DNA of 37,003 bases from IMG/VR virus record IMGVR_UViG_3300032243_001765, positions 1-37,003 of that record; one strand, 5' to 3'. The notes under the pieces were generated by a model. That model worked only from the letters and a program-made list of their open reading frames with translations. It ran no database searches and was not told where the DNA came from. This DNA is from a virus. Lineage: Duplodnaviria > Caudoviricetes. Positions 26,950 to 36,671 of the stretch are shown one piece after another. Position 1 is the stretch's first letter. Each line of letters begins with the position of its first letter. Position numbers and translations under genes: made by a program.

Positions 26950-28121
26950 AAGATTTTATTTAAAAAAGTTGTAATTTCATTATCAATTTCTAGACTATTC
27001 ATTTCACCAATATCGTTTTTACTAATTTTAGGTATAAATATTTTATAGGTGTTTTGACACTTATTCTTTATTTGTTCAGCAGCTTTTTGCCCAGCAGCAT
27101 CATTATCTGTTAATATAACTAGACTCATTGCTCCTGACGAATCTAAAAGAATCTTCTGCCTATCACTTAACGAAGACCCGAACAGTGCAACACTATTATG
27201 AATTCCATTTTCTTCTAGTCTCCAAACATTACCGGGGCTTTCTACAATAATAGCAGTATGGCTCTTAAGAATATATTCTTTAGCAAACCAGAAATTATAC
27301 AGATGATTTTGGCTCTTGAAGTCGGTACTGTGTTTCCATTTAGAAAATTGCCATGATCGGTCTGGTGGTGGACACTGATCATTAGGATTGTGAAATACAT
27401 GACACTGTGAACATTTTTCAAATATGCTTCTGCCAGTACATCCAACCATATGAGTATAATCAGTATTGTAAATAGGTACTACGACGCGATTATACATTTC
27501 TTTACCAGCTTTATCACATAGTCCAACATCATATTTATTTAGTACTTCTTTTGAATAATGTCTATGTAGATAATATTCTGCTGGAATAGCTAAAGACTTT
27601 ACAATCTGATTGCGAGTGACATAACTGGTTTGATTGGTTTTTTCTTCTGTTCCCAAATATCCCACCACATTAGCAAATTGCTTTTTCTCTCTGTCTGCAT
27701 TAGAAATCTTTATACTAGATAGATCTTTATTAATAAATTTAGTAGCAAAATCTACAGCTTCTTTAAAAGAGCATGTGTTATCTCCTGGATTTTGCCAACC
27801 ATATTTTTGGCGAGATATGATGCCTCTTATAAATCCCAATACGGAACCCATGAATATTTTTTCGCATCCGTGTGTTCTGCATTTCCAGTTGCCTCTATAG
27901 TTATCTCCTTCGGGATAAATATTCAGCGCCGAGGCATTATCTCCACCATGAATAGGACAAGGCATAGAAATCATTTTATGATTCATACGATAGTCAATAT
28001 CAAAAGTGGTTAGTAATAATTCAATATTATCACAAACCTCATCGCAAACAATCTTTAACCTAGCCTGATCATTCAAAGGGGATTTCTTCATTGTTATTGT
28101 CATCGACAATAAAACCTTCAT
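26946..28121 (-). CDS. dnaG: DNA primase (CHC2 zinc finger + TOPRIM); true start probably a downstream Met
   Basis: CPIHGGDN...WKCRTHGC, RVVVPI.......VG..GR, IVE, ALFG and TDNDAAG. Confidence 0.88.
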   Translation of the reverse strand: MKVLLSMTITMKKSPLNDQARLKIVCDEVCDNIELLLTTFDIDYRMNHKMISMPCPIHGGDNASALNIYPEGDNYRGNWKCRTHGCEKIFMGSVLGFIRGIISRQKYGWQNPGDNTCSFKEAVDFATKFINKDLSSIKISNADREKKQFANVVGYLGTEEKTNQTSYVTRNQIVKSLAIPAEYYLHRHYSKEVLNKYDVGLCDKAGKEMYNRVVVPIYNTDYTHMVGCTGRSIFEKCSQCHVFHNPNDQCPPPDRSWQFSKWKHSTDFKSQNHLYNFWFAKEYILKSHTAIIVESPGNVWRLEENGIHNSVALFGSSLSDRQKILLDSSGAMSLVILTDNDAAGQKAAEQIKNKCQNTYKIFIPKISKNDIGEMNSLEIDNEITTFLNKIL

Positions 28122-29520
28122 TATTAGATTTAATATTATTTACAATTTCTAAACGTGTTTTACCTTCCATAATTTGGGCGCACCAGCCCTTCATATGACA
28201 ATTAATATAGTCATTGTCATCTAATCCTCCCCCATGCCTACTAATTAGTGGCAGTAGTTTTCTATTTCCGTTCTCTGGGCCGTCTTCTGCAATCTCCTCA
28301 TTAGTTTTTCTCTTAAAAATACTAAAATTGCTACAAAGCCAAATAATGCGATCAGATCCACTTGCAGAATCTGTGCTTTCTTTTGTGATCCCGTCTCTGT
28401 TTAACTGAATAAATGCAACTATAGGCACCTTGTATCTAACTGCAAAATTATGTAAGCTGGTCATCATGAAGCCAAGTACTTGATATTCTTTTAAATCCTG
28501 ACTCATACCAGCACTATCCATCAGCTTTAGATAGTCATAAAATATCACACACTCTTTAGCTGTACCATCATCATTTAATCCTACCTCTTTAACCAACCAC
28601 CTTCTCATAATAGCTAACTGATCTTCAAATGGTTTTCCAGCAATACTTTTGTGATATATTCTGGTATCTTTAAGTTCTTCTACAGCTTTGGATATTTTAT
28701 TTTTCTTGTCTGGGGATTCAGCAAACTTTCCAGTTTCTATAGTATTAATTTCAATCTCTGTCATCATAGCTAGCAGTCTATGGATATGATCTTCTTTATT
28801 CATCTCAGTATCCATATTTAATACTGGAATATTTAGTTTAGCAATATTTTTGGACATATTATCAGATAATAGGGTTTTACCAGTTTTTGGTCTGGCTCCA
28901 ATAACATTGATAGTGCCTCTTCTTAATCCCCCTCCAATAGCTTGATCATAAATAGGAAAACCCGTAGGTATGCCCACTTGGTCAATCTTATTTTCTTCAA
29001 GGTTTTTGATATACTCCTCTAGCGAAGACCCAATCTTTTCTGGGCTACCATCTGCATCATTTAATAAAGATGTAAAATTAAAGATACTATCTTCAGCTAG
29101 ACCGATAATAGTCGATATAGGCTCATTGCCGGTAACTTCTAAAATTTTATCCTGAGTATTTTCTAGCTGTTTGCGTAAAAGCCTAGCAATTTCTAGTTTT
29201 CTTATTTTAGCAGCAAATTTTCTAACATTATCTAAGCTAACAGGAAAATCTATAATAGCTCTTAGATGTTGTGTTTCTTCTTTTTTTGAAAGAATATGGG
29301 CCAATTCTAGTTCTTGGGCCACTGAATAAATAGATGCTATATCTATAGTGGTTTGATTTCGCTCACAAAGAGTCTTTAAACATTTATAGATAATAGCATT
29401 GCTATCAATTGTAAAAGAAGTTTCTTGAACAATATCTGCTACGTCTAAATATGCGCTGTCGCCATATGCGCAGATACCAGCCAATACCGCTCTTTCTGCG
29501 GCGGGATCACACAAAATCAT
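28069..29520 (-). CDS. dnaB: Replicative DnaB-like helicase
   Basis: Likely start MILCDPAAERAVL at 29520 (TGATG overlap with the upstream gene). GIPTGF, GARPKTGKT, DTEM, YDYL and QLNR motifs. Confidence 0.93.
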   Translation of the reverse strand: MILCDPAAERAVLAGICAYGDSAYLDVADIVQETSFTIDSNAIIYKCLKTLCERNQTTIDIASIYSVAQELELAHILSKKEETQHLRAIIDFPVSLDNVRKFAAKIRKLEIARLLRKQLENTQDKILEVTGNEPISTIIGLAEDSIFNFTSLLNDADGSPEKIGSSLEEYIKNLEENKIDQVGIPTGFPIYDQAIGGGLRRGTINVIGARPKTGKTLLSDNMSKNIAKLNIPVLNMDTEMNKEDHIHRLLAMMTEIEINTIETGKFAESPDKKNKISKAVEELKDTRIYHKSIAGKPFEDQLAIMRRWLVKEVGLNDDGTAKECVIFYDYLKLMDSAGMSQDLKEYQVLGFMMTSLHNFAVRYKVPIVAFIQLNRDGITKESTDSASGSDRIIWLCSNFSIFKRKTNEEIAEDGPENGNRKLLPLISRHGGGLDDNDYINCHMKGWCAQIMEGKTRLEIVNNIKSNNEGFIVDDNNNEEIPFE

Positions 29521-29900
29521 CAGCCTGCTCCTGTTGAACACTTGTTGCACTTATATCTTTCAGTAGTCTCTAGCAGAGATGGTGCAACTTTATCTTTTTT
29601 CCCACAAACACGGCACTGAACTTTCACAAATTCAAATTTCCTGTTTCTCGGTGTTGGGGGAAATTTTTGTAGTTTTTTATCTATTTCAATATCTTCCTTA
29701 AACATATGCATCTCTGGCATACTATTAAACTTGTTCGTACTTTTCTTTTTGGTGTTTGTTGGAGTCTCTGAGTCTTTAGATTTTTTAACTCTAGGTTTAC
29801 GAGCTTTAGTTGGTTGAACATCAGTTTCATCCTGATTATTAACCACTAATTTTTGTAACAATACTATCAGCTGTTGAATATCATTATTGTCAAGAGCCAT
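29520..29900 (-). CDS. Hypothetical protein with a C-terminal zinc ribbon
   Basis: CRVC...CNKC. Translationally coupled to dnaB. Confidence 0.7.
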   Translation of the reverse strand: MALDNNDIQQLIVLLQKLVVNNQDETDVQPTKARKPRVKKSKDSETPTNTKKKSTNKFNSMPEMHMFKEDIEIDKKLQKFPPTPRNRKFEFVKVQCRVCGKKDKVAPSLLETTERYKCNKCSTGAG

Positions 29901-30378
29901 GCTTCACCTTTGTTTTTTGAACAGATAGGATAATATCGGACAGGTTTTTTAAACCATTAGCCAAATAGGAGAGTCTGTCTGCTCGTTGTTTGGCGTATTT
30001 TTTTATATTATTCATAGAGGAGGCTTTGTCATTATGTTTTATCGCTTGGCCAGCTTTTTCAATATAACCATATCCTTTATAGTTATTAATTTCATCTGCT
30101 ATAGTTTCTTTAATAGTCTCATCAGCCCAATTATATCTGGCTAATTCCCGATTAAGAGTTCGTTGTATATGAAAAGAATATTGTGCAAGCCGGTATGATA
30201 TTTGAGCACAATCTTCTGGATTTAATTTTTCTATACTGTCTCTGCTCATGGTTAAATACTGATTCAGTTCATCAGAAGACATACTATCATCTTTATATGA
30301 TGGCAAGCCTATGGATTGCTCATATTCATCTAAAATATCATCCCAATATTTAATTTCTTCTTTTGATGTTTTAAGCAT
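29890..30378 (-). CDS. Helical hypothetical protein, possibly a UvsY-like recombination mediator
   Basis: 162-aa, apparently alpha-helical ORF two genes downstream of recA. The function is inferred from size and context only. Confidence 0.55.
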   Translation of the reverse strand: MLKTSKEEIKYWDDILDEYEQSIGLPSYKDDSMSSDELNQYLTMSRDSIEKLNPEDCAQISYRLAQYSFHIQRTLNRELARYNWADETIKETIADEINNYKGYGYIEKAGQAIKHNDKASSMNNIKKYAKQRADRLSYLANGLKNLSDIILSVQKTKVKHGS

Positions 30379-30778
30379 TACTTATCCTTTCGAGCCACAA
30401 TTCGGGTGTTTCATTATATGCAAGAATTACATATTGAATATTATTAATCTCACACCACTCTTGTTTTTCTCTATCTCTTTTCTGTGCTTTCAAAAAATTC
30501 AACATTGTACTATGATAAAATGGTACGAATTTATAGTGTTGTTCTCCATGAACCTCAAAACAGATTCTCTTGAGTGGTAAATAAAAATCTAAATATAAAG
30601 TTTCTGCTTTTCTAAGTTGAATAGGTACTTCTTCTAAAATCTGTAAAGTGGGATAAGAACTAGTAATGAGTTCTCTAGCTGTTAGATGTAATGAAGATCT
30701 ATTAAACGTTTTCCCCTTTGCCATATTACCAGTTAATTGCCAATTACAATTATTACCATCTAAATCTTTAACTAACAT
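30371..30778 (-). CDS. Vsr/DUF559-like endonuclease
   Basis: LEE...LDFYLP....FEVHGEQHY...RD..K..WC..N.I motif. Confidence 0.75.
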   Translation of the reverse strand: MLVKDLDGNNCNWQLTGNMAKGKTFNRSSLHLTARELITSSYPTLQILEEVPIQLRKAETLYLDFYLPLKRICFEVHGEQHYKFVPFYHSTMLNFLKAQKRDREKQEWCEINNIQYVILAYNETPELWLERISNA

Positions 30779-31785
30779 TTTATGCCCATAGTTGTCTTAA
30801 TACTTTGTACTAGATCATTATAAGCAGACTCATGTTCTAATAGATACTGTCTGATCTTTTCTGTGCCTTGGAATTTAGGCTTATCTGCTAGTGCTGTTAG
30901 AGTATACCAAGCACCGCCCTTATGAATAATACCCATATCAGATGCTAGCGTAATAGCTTCCATATATTTATCCACACCCTGACCATATCTGATATAGCTA
31001 GTTATATTACCGCCCGGAGGACCTAGAGCAGAACATATTACTTGCCACTCTATTTCTTGTCCTATTTGAGTACTATCAGCACTTAAAACCCAAGGTTTAA
31101 AAGTTTTAGCCCTCAGTTTAATATCCGTTTGATAAGCAATAGCTTGTCCACTTTTCTCTTTAAATTCTGCACCATAACCGGTTGGATTTCCCATAAGATG
31201 GGTAATACCAATAACTATATTTTTATTGACAGGTATAACATTTGCTACTTTGCGACAAAACTTAGCTAGTAATTTAGCCCCGTCGGCTCTTTGCATCTTA
31301 TCCATTTCGCTTGTAATTTCTGCTTCTGTACATAGTGCAGAGTATGAGTCTATGATGAGGATGCTTCCGGGGATTTCATTAATAATTTTTTCAGCAATCT
31401 GTAGATATTCTTCAGCGTGTAATATTTTACCTTGTTGACTACCAATAACATGAAATCTGTCTAGATTTAATCCTGGAATACCTTCTAAGTCTCTTTTTTT
31501 AAGTCTGCCTTCAATATTTAGATAATAAACTTCTCTAGGAGTTTTAAGAGATCCCTGATATTCTGGTCTTTGTGCGGTGGCAGCAAAATCCAAACTTGTT
31601 GTTGTTTTACCACATTTAGGCTGACCAGTTAAAACAACAAAGCTTCCTTCTGGTATACCGCCATTTAACACAATATCCAAAGAAGGACTCACAGGAATAA
31701 TAACGCTTTTCTTATCTACGATAGCATTACCCGTAAGCATAATGTCGTCACCAAAACTTTTAACTACATCTTCTTTAAGACTCAT
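30772..31785 (-). CDS. recA: RecA/UvsX-like recombinase
   Basis: SLDIVLNGGIPEG, Walker A GQPKCGKTT, Walker B IIDS and C-terminal GAWY. Confidence 0.88.
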   Translation of the reverse strand: MSLKEDVVKSFGDDIMLTGNAIVDKKSVIIPVSPSLDIVLNGGIPEGSFVVLTGQPKCGKTTTSLDFAATAQRPEYQGSLKTPREVYYLNIEGRLKKRDLEGIPGLNLDRFHVIGSQQGKILHAEEYLQIAEKIINEIPGSILIIDSYSALCTEAEITSEMDKMQRADGAKLLAKFCRKVANVIPVNKNIVIGITHLMGNPTGYGAEFKEKSGQAIAYQTDIKLRAKTFKPWVLSADSTQIGQEIEWQVICSALGPPGGNITSYIRYGQGVDKYMEAITLASDMGIIHKGGAWYTLTALADKPKFQGTEKIRQYLLEHESAYNDLVQSIKTTMGIKC

Positions 31786-32203
31786 TATCTAGATCCTTTA
31801 ATTTTGAAACAATATTAGATTTTTTATTTGTGTTTTGTCCAAATACAACAATGTCTGGTCTACTAAGCGTAATAGACAGTTGTTTATTTTCAGCATCTAT
31901 AGCTTGTTGTTCTTGTTCTATGATAGGTGCAAGATGTGGCGCTCGCAGAGAATATATTCTTGAAGCTTTAGGATTGTTCAAACCTCTAATAATCGCAATA
32001 TCACTATATTTTTTTAATAGAGTATAAGCTGATGCTATTTGGTTTTTATAATATTTTTCCCATTCAGCATGAAGCCAAAACCTATAGTGCAAATCCTTTT
32101 TATCCTTTTGGGCTTTCTTTTCGCATATTAGCTCAGTAATATACTGTGCCGCTGAAACAGTTTTACCATTAGAATATTTAGACGGAAATCCTTTAGCCGA
32201 CAT
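31775..32203 (-). CDS. Hypothetical protein
   Basis: 142-aa ORF in the operon, overlapping the recA start. Confidence 0.7.
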   Translation of the reverse strand: MSAKGFPSKYSNGKTVSAAQYITELICEKKAQKDKKDLHYRFWLHAEWEKYYKNQIASAYTLLKKYSDIAIIRGLNNPKASRIYSLRAPHLAPIIEQEQQAIDAENKQLSITLSRPDIVVFGQNTNKKSNIVSKLKDLDNES

Positions 32204-32211
32204 AATTTATA

Positions 32212-32526
32212 TTAGCGATTGGGCCTAAAAATGTAACTATCTGTATTTTTTGTTTTATGATCCATAGATTGTAAAAACTCGTCCCCAACTTGAGAAGCGG
32301 CTTGTGTCATAATACTCACGCTGTTATTTTTTTTAACCGAAGTTTGTCGAATTCTAAGGTCTTTGGTCTTGTCTGTTTTTGTTTGTGTAGTAGTTTTGCC
32401 ATTTATTAATTTATCAATACTCGCCACGCTGAGTTTTAATTCCTTCGATATGCTAATAGAATCCATTTTTTTGAATTCATTTAGATATAATACAGCATAT
32501 TGTTGCATCTTAGATAATTTTGCCAT
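32212..32526 (-). CDS. Hypothetical protein, possible N-terminal HTH
   Basis: Likely start MAKLSK at 32526 (TAATG overlap). SISISKELKLSVASI is HTH-like. Confidence 0.6.
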   Translation of the reverse strand: MAKLSKMQQYAVLYLNEFKKMDSISISKELKLSVASIDKLINGKTTTQTKTDKTKDLRIRQTSVKKNNSVSIMTQAASQVGDEFLQSMDHKTKNTDSYIFRPNR

Positions 32527-32924
32527 TATGAAAGCTCTCTTTCTGCATTGTTTAACCATGCTAAATTTTTGGTAGTAAGAAAATTGGTATATAAATCAAA
32601 GATTTTTTGATTAACTTCTTTAAATTCCCACTCTTTTCTTCCTATCTTAGATAGAAATTTTGAGTTTTTACCTTCACTATATAGTCCGATAGGATTATAA
32701 ATCTTGCCGTATGTACCAATTTTAATATAAAATCTTGGTGGATTATTATTAGTTTGTATGGTTTTCGCAACCACAGATGGATTTTCTTTATTACATCTTG
32801 GCCTATTGAGATCATCTATAAAATCATGATCACCAAGCATAGCAAAATATTCTATTTTCTTTTGCGTCTCACTTTGATTTCTTTGTTCAAAAATAAAATT
32901 GCTGTTATTGTTTATTTCGGCCAT
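32526..32924 (-). CDS. Hypothetical protein
   Basis: 132-aa ORF coupled to both neighbours. AAGGA RBS. Confidence 0.7.
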   Translation of the reverse strand: MAEINNNSNFIFEQRNQSETQKKIEYFAMLGDHDFIDDLNRPRCNKENPSVVAKTIQTNNNPPRFYIKIGTYGKIYNPIGLYSEGKNSKFLSKIGRKEWEFKEVNQKIFDLYTNFLTTKNLAWLNNAERELS

Positions 32925-33262
32925 ATGGTTTTATTTCCTTTTTTCATTCTGGTCATTCCTGATGGGAGAGGTTTTTCTTCTTCTTTATGTTCTTTATAAG
33001 CATTATGTTTGTTATATAGATGTTGCTTTTCATCGTCGCTCAATCTTTCCGAATTTCTTTGTGCCAAGTCCCCAATAGTTTTTAGTTCTGAGTCTGATTT
33101 TTTAACAGAAGCATTCAGGGTTTTTAAGTCTTTAATATATTCTCTTTCAGTTGTTTTTTTATGACAACTCGGGCATTTGGGTTTTTCAGTATAGTCCCTA
33201 AAAGAATAAAACAACTCAAAAGAGGTTTTGCAATTTAAGCACGAGTATGAATAACTGGGCAT
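32912..33262 (-). CDS. FmdB-family zinc-ribbon protein
   Basis: MPSYSYSCLNC...FE...CPSC signature. Confidence 0.8.
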   Translation of the reverse strand: MPSYSYSCLNCKTSFELFYSFRDYTEKPKCPSCHKKTTEREYIKDLKTLNASVKKSDSELKTIGDLAQRNSERLSDDEKQHLYNKHNAYKEHKEEEKPLPSGMTRMKKGNKTIWPK

Positions 33263-33266
33263 GAAT

Positions 33267-33845
33267 CTAATAATATGATTGAGGTAAATAAGACTGCCAC
33301 TCCATCGGTATGGTCGTTCTTATTTTAAGCAGATGGTGGGTGATGGGCAAGTACTTTGGATGCTTTTGAGGAATCATTGGCAATGTTTTTAATTGGAGAT
33401 TGGCCTGTTTTGGGGTTTTATTTCCCTTTTTCCTATTGCAACTAGAGCATGCTGTAACAATATTAGTCCAACAGGTTGGTGAGCCACTGTTATTTTTCCA
33501 TTGAGACTTTGGTATAACATGATCGTATGTTAATTGATTAGCACCCGGTTTTATACCACAGTACTGGCAACTATAATTATCCCTGATAAAAATATTTTTT
33601 CTTGAAAATTTAACAGGATTATTCTGTATTCTGAAATAGTGATTAGTTTTTACTACAGCAGGAATAGGATATTTTTTATTATTTGTTCCTAAAATAAAAT
33701 CGTTTTTATAAAAATCAATAATTTCTAAAGCAAGACTACTATTCTCATATTTTATAGACCAAATCATAGCCTTTTTCCAACCAATAATACCAAGAGGAGT
33801 ATAGTCAGAATTTAAAACTAAACATTTAGCGTTTGTCGATTTCAT
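33267..33845 (-). CDS. HNH endonuclease (McrA/HNH_5-like)
   Basis: LVLN.DY.PL and FSRKNIFIRDNYSCQYCG...TYDHVIP...W.NIVTACSSCNRKK. Confidence 0.9.
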   Translation of the reverse strand: MKSTNAKCLVLNSDYTPLGIIGWKKAMIWSIKYENSSLALEIIDFYKNDFILGTNNKKYPIPAVVKTNHYFRIQNNPVKFSRKNIFIRDNYSCQYCGIKPGANQLTYDHVIPKSQWKNNSGSPTCWTNIVTACSSCNRKKGNKTPKQANLQLKTLPMIPQKHPKYLPITHHLLKIRTTIPMEWQSYLPQSYY

Positions 33846-34557
33846 TTTCGTATGAATCTAATCTAGCAATAATTTTTCCAATAATTGGATGTCTTACTAT
33901 ATCAGAAAAATCTAGTTTTGAAATGCCTATACCCTCTACGTCGGTAAGGGCCTGTGTCATATTATAGAACCCGCCCTGCATGTGTCTAATAAGATCTGAT
34001 TGACTAGTATCTCCTGTTAAAACCATTTTACTGTTATTACCAATGCGCGTTAATAACATTTTAATTTGATCATAAGAAGCATTTTGGCATTCATCTGCTA
34101 CTATAAAAGCATTATGAAAATTACGACCTCTCATAAGACCGAGTGGTACTATTTCAATTTTATTATTAGTTTTTAAACCGTTGTATTGGGCAGCAGATAT
34201 AAAGTGGTGAACTTCATCTAGAAGTGGTAATAAATATGGATGAAGCTTTTCTTCTGCTGTTCCGGGTAAATAGCCGATCTTTTCACCAGACTCTACAACG
34301 GGTCTGGTGATAATAATTTTTTTCACCTTTTCATCCAATAAGTATTCTAACGCCATGCCTATAGCTATATGCGTTTTACCAGATCCGGCAACACCTTGAC
34401 AAAACGTGATGCTGTTTTCAGCTACTGTTCTAATATATTCTTTTTGATTCTCTGTTCTTGGTCTTAGTCTATTTCTATAGGTTTGTGTGACATTGAGTTC
34501 ATTGGTAGCATCGATAGGTCTTTTTTTCTTAGAGTTTTTATTATTATTTTTTCTCAA
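33826..34557 (-). CDS. phoH: PhoH-family ATPase
   Basis: GVAGSGKT, IIITRP, GYLPG, MRGRNF, DECQN, LTRIG, TGD..Q.D and DIVRH. Confidence 0.95.
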   Translation of the reverse strand: MRKNNNKNSKKKRPIDATNELNVTQTYRNRLRPRTENQKEYIRTVAENSITFCQGVAGSGKTHIAIGMALEYLLDEKVKKIIITRPVVESGEKIGYLPGTAEEKLHPYLLPLLDEVHHFISAAQYNGLKTNNKIEIVPLGLMRGRNFHNAFIVADECQNASYDQIKMLLTRIGNNSKMVLTGDTSQSDLIRHMQGGFYNMTQALTDVEGIGISKLDFSDIVRHPIIGKIIARLDSYENEIDKR

Positions 34558-34622
34558 ATGTTACCCTTTACTATAGAGTGATGTATATCTATGCCAATTA
34601 TACCATAAATATACACCATCCA

Positions 34623-34988
34623 CTATAATACAAATGGTTTTAGATTTGGGGGTTGCCAGTTATTAGGTTTGAGTACTTTACCATCTTCTCTTTTTTTGAC
34701 CTTGCCAGTATCTGGGTCTATTTTAGCAAAATTAGTCTTCATAACTTCATCCCATGCGCCCTCCCCATCGGCCCCCATACTATTAATAGCACCAGCCGTA
34801 ACTACGATAATATCTATTAGTGCGTCTAGAATTTCTACCCTGTCATTATTGTCAAAAGCCTCTTGCAGTTCTTTACTTTCTTCCTTGATCAAAGTATGAT
34901 ACATCTCTAATTGTTTTTCATTCCATTGACATACTGTTTGATCACAAGCTAACATAAAATTAGTCTGGTCCTGAAATACATTTCCCAT
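34623..34988 (-). CDS. MazG-like nucleoside triphosphate pyrophosphohydrolase
   Basis: LIKEESKEL...EILDALID (EExxE...ExxD), N..K and DGKVLKP. AAGGAG RBS. Confidence 0.85.
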   Translation of the reverse strand: MGNVFQDQTNFMLACDQTVCQWNEKQLEMYHTLIKEESKELQEAFDNNDRVEILDALIDIIVVTAGAINSMGADGEGAWDEVMKTNFAKIDPDTGKVKKREDGKVLKPNNWQPPNLKPFVL

Positions 34989-35004
34989 ATTTTCTCCTTA
35001 AATT

Positions 35005-36654
35005 TTAAGCTTCACAACTGCTACAAGTTAGAATATTTCTTACTAATTCCTGTGCTGGATTAGAAGATCTTTGATAATAAAAACTTTTAATCCCATTCTC
35101 CCATCCATATATTAATAATTCGCTCACCTCTTTTGCTGGACAATTTGACGGAATCATTAAATTTAATGAAATAGCCTGATCTATATATTTTTGTCTTTGT
35201 ATATTTTGAATTACTATTTCTTTTTGGCTAAGTTCACCAAAGGTTTTAAAAATATCCTTATCTTCTTGTGATAGAAAATCCAGATGTTGCACAGAGCCTC
35301 CTCTTACTAGGATGCTCTTCCAAGTCTCTTCACTATCTTGGTTTTTATTTTTTAAGATTTGTCTCAAATAGGGGTTTTTATAAGTAAAGCTGCCTTTAGC
35401 TAGTTTTTTCACAAAGTAATTTGAATTTAAAGGCTCTATGGATGGGCTGACTTGCCCCAAAATAAAAGAACTGCTTGTGGTGGGCGCTACAGCCAGCGTA
35501 GTGACATTTCTACGACCATAGCCAACCAATAGTTCAGGCTCCCCAAATTGTTGAGCCAACTCCTCTGATGCTTGGTCTGCTCTTTCTCTAATAGTTTTCC
35601 AAATTTGAACATTTAATGATTTGGCCAACATAGATTCAAAAGCTATATTTTTAGATTGTAAAAATGAATGCCAACCCAATACCCCCATACCTAATGCTCT
35701 TTGTGTTTTAGCAAAGCGGTGGGCTGTTTCCATGAACTTTATATTTTGGGTTTTGTTAACAAACTCTTCATTGACCGCATCTAAAAAATATACCAGTGTT
35801 TGTATAGCATCGGTATTTTGTATCTCATCCCAATGTAAAAGATTGATAGACGATAATACACACACAAATGAATTATTAGCATCTGAAGCCAATGCTATTT
35901 CACTGCAAAGATTACTACTTTTAATAGTTAGATCTTTATCTTGATATACTTGGGGGCTATTCTTATTTACAGTATCCGTAAACATGATATACGGATATCC
36001 GGTCTCAAAACGCTTTTGTATAATTTTTGCCCAAATCTTTCTTTTCTCTTTGTCTCCCTCGATCATACTTTTCATCCAAGCATCAGTAATAGTCACCCCA
36101 ATACTCATACTTTGAATACTATTGCCTTCTGATCTAATTTGTAAAAATTCTTCGATATCAGAATGCTCTACTGGCAAATATGCTGCAAAAGACCCTCTAC
36201 GAGCTGATCCTTGAGAAACTACTTCTGCAATCTTATCAAACATTTCCATAAAATGCACAGGTCCGCTAGATTCTCCACCAACACTGATAGGAGCCCCTCT
36301 TGGTCTTAGATCTCCAAAATACCCACTAGTACCGCCACCAAGTTTGCTCATCATGCCAACTTCTGCAACTTTAGTTAAGATACTATCCATTGTGTCTGAT
36401 AGATAAGAATTAAAACACGACACAGGAAGTCCTCTATCGTTACCAAAATTTGTCCATACGGGGGTTGCTAATGAGTAGAAGCCTTTACTCATATAATCTT
36501 CAAACTTATCAGCAAATCTTTCTATCCCAAGAATCTTCTCTGCTGCATCTGCTATTTGTCGTATTCTTGTTTCGGGAGATACTCCATCTTTTAAATATCC
36601 TCTTTCTAAGAAAATACGACTATGAGAATTCAGCCAATAGTATCTCTTATGCAT
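35005..36654 (-). CDS. nrdA: Class I ribonucleotide reductase alpha subunit (compact, no N-terminal ATP cone)
   Basis: SCF, GGG, SNLCSEI, VCVLSSINL, APTTSSS, KSFYY and C-terminal CSSCEA. Confidence 0.93.
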   Translation of the reverse strand: MHKRYYWLNSHSRIFLERGYLKDGVSPETRIRQIADAAEKILGIERFADKFEDYMSKGFYSLATPVWTNFGNDRGLPVSCFNSYLSDTMDSILTKVAEVGMMSKLGGGTSGYFGDLRPRGAPISVGGESSGPVHFMEMFDKIAEVVSQGSARRGSFAAYLPVEHSDIEEFLQIRSEGNSIQSMSIGVTITDAWMKSMIEGDKEKRKIWAKIIQKRFETGYPYIMFTDTVNKNSPQVYQDKDLTIKSSNLCSEIALASDANNSFVCVLSSINLLHWDEIQNTDAIQTLVYFLDAVNEEFVNKTQNIKFMETAHRFAKTQRALGMGVLGWHSFLQSKNIAFESMLAKSLNVQIWKTIRERADQASEELAQQFGEPELLVGYGRRNVTTLAVAPTTSSSFILGQVSPSIEPLNSNYFVKKLAKGSFTYKNPYLRQILKNKNQDSEETWKSILVRGGSVQHLDFLSQEDKDIFKTFGELSQKEIVIQNIQRQKYIDQAISLNLMIPSNCPAKEVSELLIYGWENGIKSFYYQRSSNPAQELVRNILTCSSCEA

Positions 36655-36671
36655 TTGTCTAATTATCCATT

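Noticed and set aside
35005-36654. Intein or intron in nrdA (also checked recA and dnaB)
   Set aside because: These genes are compact and continuous, with no splicing motifs.
1307-36662. Many short ORFs antisense to or nested in long genes (e.g. 1307-1510, 5135-5461, 9950-10171, 19801-20097, 35621-35944)
   Set aside because: They fully overlap well-supported genes and show no motifs or RBS. They are expected shadow ORFs.
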